Below are positions 43,416 through 54,294 of a stretch of 64,000 bases of DNA, piece by piece. The position numbers and the translations under genes were made by a program. Under the pieces are notes generated by a model. That model saw only the letters and a program-made list of their open reading frames with translations, ran no database searches and was not told the DNA's origin. Position 1 is the stretch's first letter. Every line of letters starts with the position of its first letter. This DNA is from an uncultured delta proteobacterium (lineage in GTDB: Bacteria; Desulfobacterota; Desulfobacteria; Desulfobacterales; JAFDCJ01). Location of the stretch: the NCBI GenBank assembly GCA_963769935.1, contig CAVYNY010000010.1, positions 576,001-640,000 on the forward strand. The letters are read 5' to 3'.

Positions 43416-45905
43416 TTAGCGCCGGAACCCACCGCCGCCGAAGCGGTCGCCGAACCCGCCGCCGCTGAAGCGGTTGCCCCAACCACCCCCACCGCCGAAG
43501 CGGTTGGCCCAGTTGCCGCCTTGGCTGAAGCTGTTGAATCTGCTTTGCGCCTGGCTGCGGGCCTGCTGCTCATGGTCGGCCCAGGAGGTGTCCTCACTGC
43601 CTGCGCTCTGCCAGCCGTTGGCCGTCTGCTTCTGCCAGCCGCCGCCGGTGTTCTGATAGACATTGCCGTCGCGGCTCGCGTAGCGGTCGTTGCCGTCAAA
43701 GCCCGAACTGTAGGACTTGGTCTGACCGGTGTGGGCGTTGTAGACCGACGTCTGGCGCTCGGCCGATGCCCCCTGGGCACCCCAGGAGTCGCTGGTGCTG
43801 CGGGTAACCGAGCTGCCCCCCTTGCCGGTCGCGGACATGCCGGAACCGTAGCTGGTCTCGCCGGTTTTGGCGTTGTAGCTCTCGTTGCGGCTGACATTGC
43901 CGGTGGTACCCTCGGGCGTGTTGGCCGACCGCTGGTAGCTGCGGCCTTCCGTTCCCTGGTCCGGATTGACATAACGGTTGGCCGAATAGGTGCCGGTAGC
44001 TCCTGTGCGATAGTTCGTATAGTTCCCGCTTGTCTTTTCCCCGATATTGCCGGAGGAGTGGCTGTACCAGGTGTCGCTCCCCGACCAGGTCGTATTGCCC
44101 CAGTGGCTGTACACATTGGCGCTGGAAGACCCACAGCAGGGGTAGCCGTGGTAGTACGAGTCATAGTAGACGGGATGATCCCAGGAATCGACCATGGCCG
44201 CAGTGGTCATGCCCAGAGCCATGCCGAAAGCCATATCGGCCGCCGGATTGTCGACCGGCTGGGCCTGTATGCCATAGGTCACCGGCGGTGCATAGTAAAC
44301 CGAACCGATCCAGGGCTGGTACACGTAACCGGTGCCATAGACCACGGTGCCGTCGGGTTCCACCACTGTGCCCAGGTAGCCGGGCGTGTAGCCGACGTAG
44401 ACCACATCAGGCGTTGCCCCGTACACCCGCACGAAAGTTGTATAGTACAGCGGCGAACTGGGCGGGATGGTGTAGATCGCATCCGGCACCGAGGCAGCCA
44501 CCGACCAGGGGCCATCCAGCGAGGGGGCTGTGAACCAGACCCCGGCCCGCAGGGCATAATAGGTGCGGCTGTCCACGCGAATGATCGGCGTCGGCGAATT
44601 GATCACATACTCCAGCGAGGTCCCCTCGATCGGCCGCAACTGCGGGTCTCCATCGTACACCGCTGCAAAGCTGGGGCCGCCCGCGCGCGGTACGGTGGCG
44701 GTCTGCGGAATTGAATTGGCGATGACCGCTTCCCTGGCCTGCGCCGTGCCGGCAACGCAAGCCAGCACGACCCCGGCCGGCGAACTGGGCGGAATGCGGC
44801 TGAAATCGGCCGGAAGCTGGTTGCCGGCCACGAAGCTCCACGGTCCGTCCAGGGATGCAGCGCGGTACCACCGCCCCGATATCAGGATATAGTAAAAGTT
44901 ATTCGCCGTATCCACGATCACATCCGCCGTGGTGTTGGCAGCCCACAACAGCGCGGTCTGGCTGATCGGCTCCAGGTTGGGCTGTCCCTTGAATACAATG
45001 AGCTCGGCCGGTTTTTCTCTGACATAGATTGCAGGCACGCCGTTGGCCAACGACGGCGAGGGCCGGGCGTTGCCGCCGCTGAGCGGATCCACCAGCCGCT
45101 TTTCGACCAGCTTATTGGCGACGGGCTCGATGCCCCTGGGAACACTAGTGGCCAGGCTCCAGGAACCTTCAAGCGAGGCTGCGGACAGCCAGCCGTCGTA
45201 AACATGCAGGTAGCATGTTGTTTCCGATTTCCTGCGCAGGATCAGCGCACGGGTATTGACCACCCGTTCGAAGCCGCTGTCCGGCACGTCCCGCCATACG
45301 GGGTTGCCGCTGATGGGGACCAGAATCGCCGGCGAATAGCTGGCGATGATCTGCGGCGGATCGTTCTTCACGGGAACCCCTTTGGGATGAACCGTGCCGG
45401 AGGCGGCCAGCGACGCCTCGAGCCGGTCGAGGGCGATGGTCCGTGAAGCACCCGCGAACAACAGCTGCAGTTGTTCCAGATAGGATGCGCCGTTGTCGGC
45501 CCGGGTGGGGAAGTTGCTGCGGGTAAGATTCAGATCCTCCAGGGTCACCATGTGCGCCGGACGGTCGACTTCCGTACGCGCCGTGCCCCAGATTACGCCG
45601 AAGGTCTCCCCGGTGGCGCCGGTGCTGCGTGCACCCACAGCAGCTCGAAAATCCAGCCGGTTGTACTCCCACTTTTCGACCTGCGGCTGGTAGACCAGCA
45701 GGGTTACGTTTCCGTCTGTTCCCATAAAGCTGAATTTACGCGGCCAGGGGTCCAGGTTGGGCGCAGTGGGCGATCCGGCTGCGGACTCCGCCGCCATGGC
45801 GGGTGGCGGCGCAACCCATGGCGACTGCAAAGCCCAGCCGACTATTGCCGCAATGAAGACCGCTATGATTATTTTGATATTGTGTTTGATATTATGGATG
45901 TGCAT
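43416..45905 (-). CDS. Large secreted protein of unknown function with a Gly/Ser/Asn-rich low-complexity tail
   Basis: Signal peptide; repeated aromatic modules (YxxxxGxWxxAxSLxGxW, x3); tail ends FGGGGFRR. Confidence 0.8.
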   Translation of the reverse strand: MHIHNIKHNIKIIIAVFIAAIVGWALQSPWVAPPPAMAAESAAGSPTAPNLDPWPRKFSFMGTDGNVTLLVYQPQVEKWEYNRLDFRAAVGARSTGATGETFGVIWGTARTEVDRPAHMVTLEDLNLTRSNFPTRADNGASYLEQLQLLFAGASRTIALDRLEASLAASGTVHPKGVPVKNDPPQIIASYSPAILVPISGNPVWRDVPDSGFERVVNTRALILRRKSETTCYLHVYDGWLSAASLEGSWSLATSVPRGIEPVANKLVEKRLVDPLSGGNARPSPSLANGVPAIYVREKPAELIVFKGQPNLEPISQTALLWAANTTADVIVDTANNFYYILISGRWYRAASLDGPWSFVAGNQLPADFSRIPPSSPAGVVLACVAGTAQAREAVIANSIPQTATVPRAGGPSFAAVYDGDPQLRPIEGTSLEYVINSPTPIIRVDSRTYYALRAGVWFTAPSLDGPWSVAASVPDAIYTIPPSSPLYYTTFVRVYGATPDVVYVGYTPGYLGTVVEPDGTVVYGTGYVYQPWIGSVYYAPPVTYGIQAQPVDNPAADMAFGMALGMTTAAMVDSWDHPVYYDSYYHGYPCCGSSSANVYSHWGNTTWSGSDTWYSHSSGNIGEKTSGNYTNYRTGATGTYSANRYVNPDQGTEGRSYQRSANTPEGTTGNVSRNESYNAKTGETSYGSGMSATGKGGSSVTRSTSDSWGAQGASAERQTSVYNAHTGQTKSYSSGFDGNDRYASRDGNVYQNTGGGWQKQTANGWQSAGSEDTSWADHEQQARSQAQSRFNSFSQGGNWANRFGGGGGWGNRFSGGGFGDRFGGGGFRR

Positions 45906-46186
45906 AATTGTTCTCCCATGCGTCTGGTTGCCTGTACTTTTCAGATTTTCAAGACGGTATTTTCATGAGCCACGCAACGGTGCGGAGCACTTTCGCAGCT
46001 GCTCCTTAAAGCCCCTTATGGTTTGGGAATGGCTCTGTATTGTTGCACAACCTCAAAAAGGCCGTGGAAGATCAATCCCATCCCCATGGCGGATACGAAA
46101 AAACCGACAATGCGGGAGGCAGCGTCCATGGCACCTCCAAATTGTCACCATGATCCCGTCTGGCTTAAAGTTTACAACCAATTATG

Positions 46187-46203
46187 AGCGAAACCTGTGC
46201 CAA
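46187..46203 (-). promoter_or_regulatory. Sigma54 -24/-12 promoter upstream of the 829-aa secreted protein
   Basis: Minus strand TTGGCACAGGTTTCGCT = GG-N10-GC. Confidence 0.75.
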
Positions 46204-46300
46204 CCGGCGAAACCACGCGCGTATCTGGTCAATATCCTGTTTTTATTTGTTTTTTTTAGTAATTGATTCGCATGCGGGAAAATGTCCGAATTTTTTATAA

Positions 46301-46316
46301 AGCCGATATTTCGGCA
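46301..46316. promoter_or_regulatory. Second copy of the palindromic candidate activator site
   Basis: agccgatatttcggca. Confidence 0.65.
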
Positions 46317-46379
46317 CGTAGACTATATCTCGGCAGATGGAGATGATAGAGCGCATGTATTTGACAAGAGCATACGATA

Positions 46380-46609
46380 ATTTATCTCGATGCGCTTGCC
46401 CATCTTTTGTTCATACTGCCTGACAAAGGCTCAGACGAGCAGAGAGATATCCTCCGGACGTTCCCGCAGGGGGGGCACGGCAATGGGAAACACATTCAGC
46501 CGCGGGATAAACTGCTCCGGCCAGACACACTCCCTTCGCACGGCATTGTTTGTTCAAACCGCAGGCGCTCTTCCAGTTCGTGTGGCAGACATGATTCAGA
46601 TGATGCCAT
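46380..46609 (-). pseudogene. Collapsed paralog of the GAF-GAF-PAS sigma54 activator
   Basis: MASSESCLPHELEERLRFEQ / NAVRRECVWPEQFIPRL / [35 protein letters not shown] matches three widely separated segments of 12026-14704. Confidence 0.85.
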
Positions 46610-46730
46610 GTTATCACCTTATTTTACCGGTAGAGCTTAATCTTTGTTTGTGAAGCTTTAATTCGTCAAAAAACGCCGTCGAGGCGCTATCAATCATAGT
46701 CCATTTTTCTTCTTTGAAATGCTGTTATAA

Positions 46731-47132
46731 ACTTATGATTTTTCACTGGACGCCGTACTTCAAGCAGTCGTTGATTTCATTCCCCCTGCAATTCAATACC
46801 CTGAAATTACATGTGCTCGACTTATTTTTGGTGATTATGAGATTAAAACCAAAAATTTTAGAGATACGAAATGGAAGATATCGCGTGAAATCGGGGTAAC
46901 CGATAAATGGATCGGCACTCTGGAAGTGTGTTATCTGGAAGAAAAACCAGAGCTTGAGGAGGGGCCGTTTCTTAAGGAAGCAAAAAATCTAATAAACGCT
47001 GTTGCTGAAAATATAGGAAAAATTATCGAGCGCGAGGAGGCGGAAGATGCGATAAGAAAACACCAAGACCATATTGAAGTGCTTATTAAAAAAACAGCAA
47101 CAAAAATATTTTTGGAAAAAACCAACGCGTAG
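46731..47132 (+). pseudogene. N-terminally truncated GAF-like sensor-domain fragment
   Basis: Open frame after the TAA at 46728: ..IPPAIQYPEITCARL..IGTLEVCYLEEKP..EGPFLKEAKNLINAVAE; no plausible start. Confidence 0.55.
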
Positions 47133-47191
47133 CGGTCTATTGGACCACCTAATTTATCTCATTGCTTTAGGTTTAAAAAAGGGGGATTAAA

Positions 47192-47533
47192 ATGAACATT
47201 TTCATTGGCAACCTGTCATACAATGTCACCGAAGGTGATTTGCGCCAGGCTTTTGAGGCCTTCGGACAGGTCGTGTCCGCAACTGTTATCAAGGATGAAC
47301 AAAGTGGTCAATCTAAAGGCTTTGGATTCGTGGAAATGCCCGTTCAAACTGAAGCTCAGTCTGCGATCGAATTTTTAAATGGGAATGCCTTGAAAGGGAG
47401 AACGATTACCGTCAATGAGGCTCGGCCTCATGCTGACAACCGTCGCGGTAAAGACAAAAAACGAGGGCGTGATAGAGAAGGAGACGGAGATCGACGCGGA
47501 GGGGGAGATCGACGCGGTAGAGGGCGTTACTAA
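47192..47533 (+). CDS. RRM RNA-binding protein
   Basis: RNP2 IFIGNL, RNP1 KGFGFVEM and an RG-rich tail. Confidence 0.95.
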   Translation: MNIFIGNLSYNVTEGDLRQAFEAFGQVVSATVIKDEQSGQSKGFGFVEMPVQTEAQSAIEFLNGNALKGRTITVNEARPHADNRRGKDKKRGRDREGDGDRRGGGDRRGRGRY

Positions 47534-47702
47534 CAAGGCAATCAGGCCATACTGATTGATATTTACACCTTCTCATCCAGCTTTTTCAAGAAGCCCGGCC
47601 GGTGCTGACCCTTTGCAGAAGCTTGACGTCTTTGTGGCTGAATCGGTGGGATAAGAAGCAGAGAAAGATGGTGAAGTTTTCGATAAGGGAAAAAATTAAA
47701 GC

Positions 47703-47734
47703 GCCCTTTTGGCAAACCATTACGCCAAAAGGGC
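47703..47734 (-). terminator. Intrinsic terminator of groESL
   Basis: 11-bp stem gcccttttggc / gccaaaagggc followed by a T-rich run on the minus strand. Confidence 0.75.
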
Positions 47735-47765
47735 TTTCCCATGAACGTTATGGAATGATGGAGGC

Positions 47766-49406
<1,641 letters not shown>

Positions 49407-49432
49407 TTAACCTCCATCCATTTTATTTTTTG

Positions 49433-49720
49433 TTATTCGACAACACCAAGCACGTCATCCTCGCGCATGATAAGGTATTCTTCACCCTCTATTTTTACCT
49501 CGGTACCCGAATATTTGCCAAATAGAATCCGATCGCCTTTCTTGACTTCAAGCGCTATGCGCTTTCCCTCTTCGCTGAGTTTTCCATTGCCGGCAGCAAT
49601 CACTTTGCCTTCAATTGGTTTTTCTTTGGCTGTATCCGGGATGATGATCCCGCCTTTTGTTTTTCCCTCTTCTTCAACCCGTTGAACTAAAATTCGATCC
49701 TGTAATGGTCTGAGTTTCAT
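49433..49720 (-). CDS. groS: Co-chaperonin GroES
   Basis: [23 protein letters not shown]. Confidence 0.98.
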   Translation of the reverse strand: MKLRPLQDRILVQRVEEEGKTKGGIIIPDTAKEKPIEGKVIAAGNGKLSEEGKRIALEVKKGDRILFGKYSGTEVKIEGEEYLIMREDDVLGVVE

Positions 49721-50117
49721 GGTTCAGATTCTCCTTTTTGAAGCAACTGTTTCATCCATTTATTTCTCCATCGCAACCGTGACGTTTCCCATTGCATTTA
49801 TCCAACAAATTAGCCCGGTGTTTCCTCCTTCATCAGAATAATTATCCTGCTCGGACCCGGCTTCCAAAGCGATCGCCAGTGCGGTTGATGGACCTAAGCA
49901 CCTACTTAAAAGAATGTTAAAGAATATAATATTCTGAAATAAATCAACAAATGAAAGGGCGCAACGTGGTTGGCTGTTGGAAGGCCAGCTCCGGCTTAAT
50001 TGAAACCGGATGTTAGTTGAAAAGAAGAAAAGGGAAATGTTGCGATTTTCAATTTATTAAATAAGTTATGCATGTAAATCCATTTTGTCAAGCTGCTTCA
50101 GTAAGTGGTTTAAAGTT

Positions 50118-51047
50118 TCATTTAACTAATGTGGATCTGAAAACCTTTTGACGAATATTGCGCATCAGGTATTTGAGCCGCGGGTGGTTCCGCAGATTGA
50201 GCAGCACCAGCTCAGAATATAAATTATCAATTTGGGCCGGCTTCAAACTGGACGACAAATACTGTTTGGGCGTCCGGTAGGGCAGGCAGAAGCTGACGGG
50301 CAGCTTCAGGCCGGCCACCAGGCGTGAATCTATGACGGCGAAGCAGACGCGCGCCTGGGACATGATCGCACCGCGGATCTTGTTATAAGTCTGCCCGAAA
50401 AGGTGCGGTTCGCTGATATAATGGATGTAAACGAAGGGCAGTTTTTTTCTTTTGTGCTTTGAGTAGATAATGTAGCAATACCGCTTTCCGGCGGATAGCA
50501 GAAAATGAGCGCATTGGTAGTCGATATGATCATTTAAAATTTTCAGGTGCTCGGCGGATAAAATTTGACGGATTTCAGCGGCAGCGTGGGTCATCTTTAC
50601 CGGAAAATGCTTTGGCCCAAAAAACCTGCGGCCGAAGGGCAGCAGAATACGACCGTTGGCATCCAGGTCTTTAAATCCAAGTTTTTGTTGAATCTGATAA
50701 ACAGTGCGGGAGGGCGTCAGATCCGTAATGGTATAATCGCGCATCTTTACCAGCGGCAAAAGCAAAGATACCGCCCTGGCGCGGTACTCCTCCCGCACGA
50801 ACCAGGAGCTCAGGTTGCAGAATTTTTCGACCCGTCCGTTGACCCACCGGCGACTGAATATCATCCCGATGAATCCGACGGTTTGGCCGCCGTCCTTCAG
50901 GGCCAGGCCGCAATAATCTTCATCCCGCTCCCAGCGATATTCGAACAGCTTGCGCCATTTCTCTTCGCTGCCCTTGCCCCAGAAGTTGATCAGCGTATCC
51001 TGGACATCCTTGAAATCGGCACAGTCGACTTTTTCAACCCTGACCAT
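50118..51047 (-). CDS. GNAT-like acyltransferase
   Basis: VGFIGMIFS..FCNLSSWFVREEYR (GNAT motif A-like); divergent from the ACP gene. Confidence 0.6.
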   Translation of the reverse strand: MVRVEKVDCADFKDVQDTLINFWGKGSEEKWRKLFEYRWERDEDYCGLALKDGGQTVGFIGMIFSRRWVNGRVEKFCNLSSWFVREEYRARAVSLLLPLVKMRDYTITDLTPSRTVYQIQQKLGFKDLDANGRILLPFGRRFFGPKHFPVKMTHAAAEIRQILSAEHLKILNDHIDYQCAHFLLSAGKRYCYIIYSKHKRKKLPFVYIHYISEPHLFGQTYNKIRGAIMSQARVCFAVIDSRLVAGLKLPVSFCLPYRTPKQYLSSSLKPAQIDNLYSELVLLNLRNHPRLKYLMRNIRQKVFRSTLVK

Positions 51048-51214
51048 CGCGGCTTCCTCACAAATAAATTTCCGGCGGTATTAGGTGAAACACCCGAAAC
51101 CTGCTCATACCGTGACGGGAAAATCCACCCAAATAAAATTCCGCAAAATTTGACTTTTAACCGCCCCTTTGATAATTTTTCAAAATTCTTACCACTCTTT
51201 GAAGGAACAGCCTG

Positions 51215-51550
51215 ATGACCTGGAAAATTAAAGAAAAAATTCACAGTGCCTTTAAACGTCACCATAATGAATACGGCTCTGCTGAGGACGGTGATCAATT
51301 GCCGTTTGTGGCGCAGAAAATCAAATCCATCATGGCTGAAACTTTTAAAGTCGATCTAAATGCCATCAATGAAGACACATCGCCCGATAACCTGGATCAA
51401 TGGACTTCCTTAAAGCACGTGGACCTGGTGTTAAACCTGCAGCAGGCGTTTGAGATTGAATTTACAGACTCACAAATAGTAGAAGAACTATTAACTTACA
51501 AAACTATCGTACAGACCGTTGAGGCAGCGTTAACCAAAATCGACAGGTGA
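51215..51550 (+). CDS. Acyl/aminoacyl carrier protein (true start may be ~51299-51332)
   Basis: DQWTSLKHVDLVLNLQQAFEIEF, a WDSL-type phosphopantetheine Ser motif. Confidence 0.8.
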   Translation: MTWKIKEKIHSAFKRHHNEYGSAEDGDQLPFVAQKIKSIMAETFKVDLNAINEDTSPDNLDQWTSLKHVDLVLNLQQAFEIEFTDSQIVEELLTYKTIVQTVEAALTKIDR

Positions 51551-51553
51551 AAA

Positions 51554-53128
51554 ATGTTTGTTAACTGGTTTATCGAATCTTCGCAAAAATTCCCCCAGCG
51601 GCCGGCCGCAGAAGTCAATAATTTGCAGCTGTCATACAAAGAATTGGCACGGCTGGCAAGTAAAATAGCAGGGGCAATTCAGACACAACATATAACGAAC
51701 AGACCGATAGGGTTATTGGCTTACCGAAGTTTTGCAGCCTATGCCGGCGTCCTGGGGATCATGTATTCAAAAAATGTTTATCTGCCCCTGAATCCGAATT
51801 TTCCTCCGAATAGAACCCAAAAAATGATCAATCTGGTTGACTGCCGGGCTTTAATCGTGGGCAATGAGTGCAGGGACTATTTTCTCAAATTATTGCCGGA
51901 TTTATCGGAGCCCATGACCTTTATTTTTCCAGACGCCGCCGGAATCAAGGAAATATGCAGGGATAGCGAACACGATTTCATATTTTTAAATGAGCTTGAA
52001 GATACCCGCGAATTTGATCGAATTGAAGATATTGATGAAGAGGCGGTCGCCTATTTCGTATTTACTTCGGGCAGCACCGGCGAGCCCAAGATCGTCCAGC
52101 AAAGCAATAAAAACGTCATGACTTATTTAGATTATGTTGCCAGACGATATCAACTCGACGCGAATGATCGCGTGAGTCAGACATTCGAGTTAACTTTTGA
52201 CAACAGCATCCATGACATGTTTATCTGCTGGAAGTATGGCGCCTGTCTGTATTGTGTGCCCCGCAATCATCTCATGATGCCGTCGGGCTTTATTAAAGAC
52301 AAGCAGCTGACGGTGTGGTACTCGGTGCCCTCGATTGGCTTGAACATGCTCAAACTGAACCGCTTAAAAGAAGATGCATTGCCAAGTTTAAGGTATACCT
52401 TATTTTGCGGCGAAGCGCTGCCGAAAAACCTGGTAATCACCTGGGCTCAAGCAGCCAAAAATTCTGTCATTGAAAATTATTATGGCATAACTGAAACCAC
52501 CCATCAAGTTTCGGTATATACGTGGAACCATAAAGCGTCGGAAGGGGAATGCATCAACGATATCGTCTCCATCGGGAAGACTTTTGAAGGCATCCGTTAT
52601 TGTATATTAGACGAAAACCAAAAAAGAGTAAGCCCGGGCGAACCCGGCGAGTTGTATGTTTCCGGCGTTCAGATTACGAAAGGCTACTACAATGATCCGG
52701 AACGGACAAAAGCGGCCTATGTTAAAATCCCGCAGCTGGGCAAAGACACCTGGTTCAAAACGGGGGACCTGGTCAGGGAGCGGCCGAACGGCAATTTAAA
52801 TTATCTGGGGAGACTGGACAACCAGGTTAAAATCCTCGGTAATCGCGTTGAACTGCAGGAGGTTGACTGCATATTAAAGAAGGCTTCCAACAGTGAGCTG
52901 GTCGTTTCCCTGGCATGGCCCATTGAAAACGGCGTCGCCAAAAGTATCGTCGCTTTTATAGCCGAAAGCAAGGAGCAGCAAAAATCGAAGATCCTGGACT
53001 ACTGCAAGCGCACCCTGCCGCCTTATATGATTCCGCAGGATATTGTATTTATAGATAAGATTCCGCTGAATGACAATGGAAAATTCAATAAAAAAAAGCT
53101 GGTCGAAATATTAGAAGAAAAAAGCTGA
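51554..53128 (+). CDS. Stand-alone amino acid adenylation enzyme, DltA-like
   Basis: FTSGSTGEPK, TFDNSIHD, LFCGEAL, NYYGITE, FKTGD, GRLDNQVKILGNRVEL, PLNDNGK. Confidence 0.88.
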   Translation: MFVNWFIESSQKFPQRPAAEVNNLQLSYKELARLASKIAGAIQTQHITNRPIGLLAYRSFAAYAGVLGIMYSKNVYLPLNPNFPPNRTQKMINLVDCRALIVGNECRDYFLKLLPDLSEPMTFIFPDAAGIKEICRDSEHDFIFLNELEDTREFDRIEDIDEEAVAYFVFTSGSTGEPKIVQQSNKNVMTYLDYVARRYQLDANDRVSQTFELTFDNSIHDMFICWKYGACLYCVPRNHLMMPSGFIKDKQLTVWYSVPSIGLNMLKLNRLKEDALPSLRYTLFCGEALPKNLVITWAQAAKNSVIENYYGITETTHQVSVYTWNHKASEGECINDIVSIGKTFEGIRYCILDENQKRVSPGEPGELYVSGVQITKGYYNDPERTKAAYVKIPQLGKDTWFKTGDLVRERPNGNLNYLGRLDNQVKILGNRVELQEVDCILKKASNSELVVSLAWPIENGVAKSIVAFIAESKEQQKSKILDYCKRTLPPYMIPQDIVFIDKIPLNDNGKFNKKKLVEILEEKS

Positions 53129-53177
53129 TGAATTTTTCGGGGCCGCTGCGCAAGTTACTAACCCGGCAACTAAACTC

Positions 53178-53216
53178 GCCATTCCGGCCGTAGCGAAGCG
53201 GAGAGCCGGAATCCAG
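53178..53216. repeat. REP-like palindrome
   Basis: cattccggc cgtagcgaagcggaga gccggaatccag. Confidence 0.6.
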
Positions 53217-53285
53217 AAAAGGGGCTGCAATTAATTAATGGATTCCCGATTTTATGCAATCATAGCGAAAAGACGGCCCTGGTCG

Positions 53286-53882
53286 TCAATCCTTCCAAGG
53301 CACTTCGGGCAGGTTTTCAGCTGACTTGGCGGTTGTATTCTGCCCGGCGGCCCAGCTGGGATGATAATTTTTGATGTAATTTTCCGGTATCGGCATGTGG
53401 CCTCTTTCAAGACCCAGGCGGTAGGTCTCCTCCAGCGCATCTTCGTTGCTCCAGTGATCCTGCTCGATACGATAGATGGCCGATAGGACGCCCGAGCGCT
53501 CCGTGCCGCGGGAGCAGTGCACCAGAACGGGCCAGTTCGACTTGTCGGCGACGATGGCCAGAAAGCGCTTCACCGCTGCATCGATTTCGCCGGCGCTTGA
53601 TCCGATTGAAAAATTATAGAAGTGCAGACCTTTTTCAGCGGCAAACGCTTTTTCTCCCGGTGTGCCTTTACTGTTCGGTTTCCTGAGGTTGATCAGGGTG
53701 CGAATGCCGTAAAGCTTCACAAACTCCAGACCCAAGCCGCGCGGCTGCCCGCTTCTATAAAGCACCCCCTCGCGGGTGGTATGAAAATTGGGCAATGCGA
53801 CCTGAATAAAGTAATAATAGGTTCCGCCGACCATTAAGATTATGAGCGAAAGAGCCGCTATTATTTTCGTGCGTCTTTTCAT
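53286..53882 (-). CDS. Membrane-anchored dual-specificity/tyrosine-type (CX5R) phosphatase
   Basis: N-terminal TM, LYRSGQP, INLR and PVLVHCSRGTERSG. Confidence 0.85.
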   Translation of the reverse strand: MKRRTKIIAALSLIILMVGGTYYYFIQVALPNFHTTREGVLYRSGQPRGLGLEFVKLYGIRTLINLRKPNSKGTPGEKAFAAEKGLHFYNFSIGSSAGEIDAAVKRFLAIVADKSNWPVLVHCSRGTERSGVLSAIYRIEQDHWSNEDALEETYRLGLERGHMPIPENYIKNYHPSWAAGQNTTAKSAENLPEVPWKD

Positions 53883-54294
53883 TGATTAAAGATAGGCAAT
53901 AAGAGTCCCATCTGTCAAGGAATAAGGGGCAACTTTTAGTCCTTCAAAGTGAATTCTAAAACAGTACCGCAAACTCTGGTGAGCCGAGGATGATGCCGCT
54001 GCGCGCAATGGTAAATGGTCAATTTGTTTGGGTTTATGAATTTGGGTCATTGAGATTTGTTTGGAATTTGGTTTTTGGTGCTTGGTATTTTCATAATATT
54101 CGTTAAGCAGGTATTTTTCAGCTAATTCAGCTAATTTCTTCTTTAATTTAAAGATACCTGGGATAATGCCGCCGGACCTATTGACATCATAAATTTTCGG
54201 GTGATAACCTTGAGCACCATCATTATACTCGCTCCATCATAAATAAGTCGAGCGGGCGGCTCGAACCTCTTCTGAATCTCGGGATACCCGACGA

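Noticed and set aside
49720..50117. CIRCE element upstream of groES
   Set aside because: No TTAGCACTC-N9-GAGTGCTAA match found.
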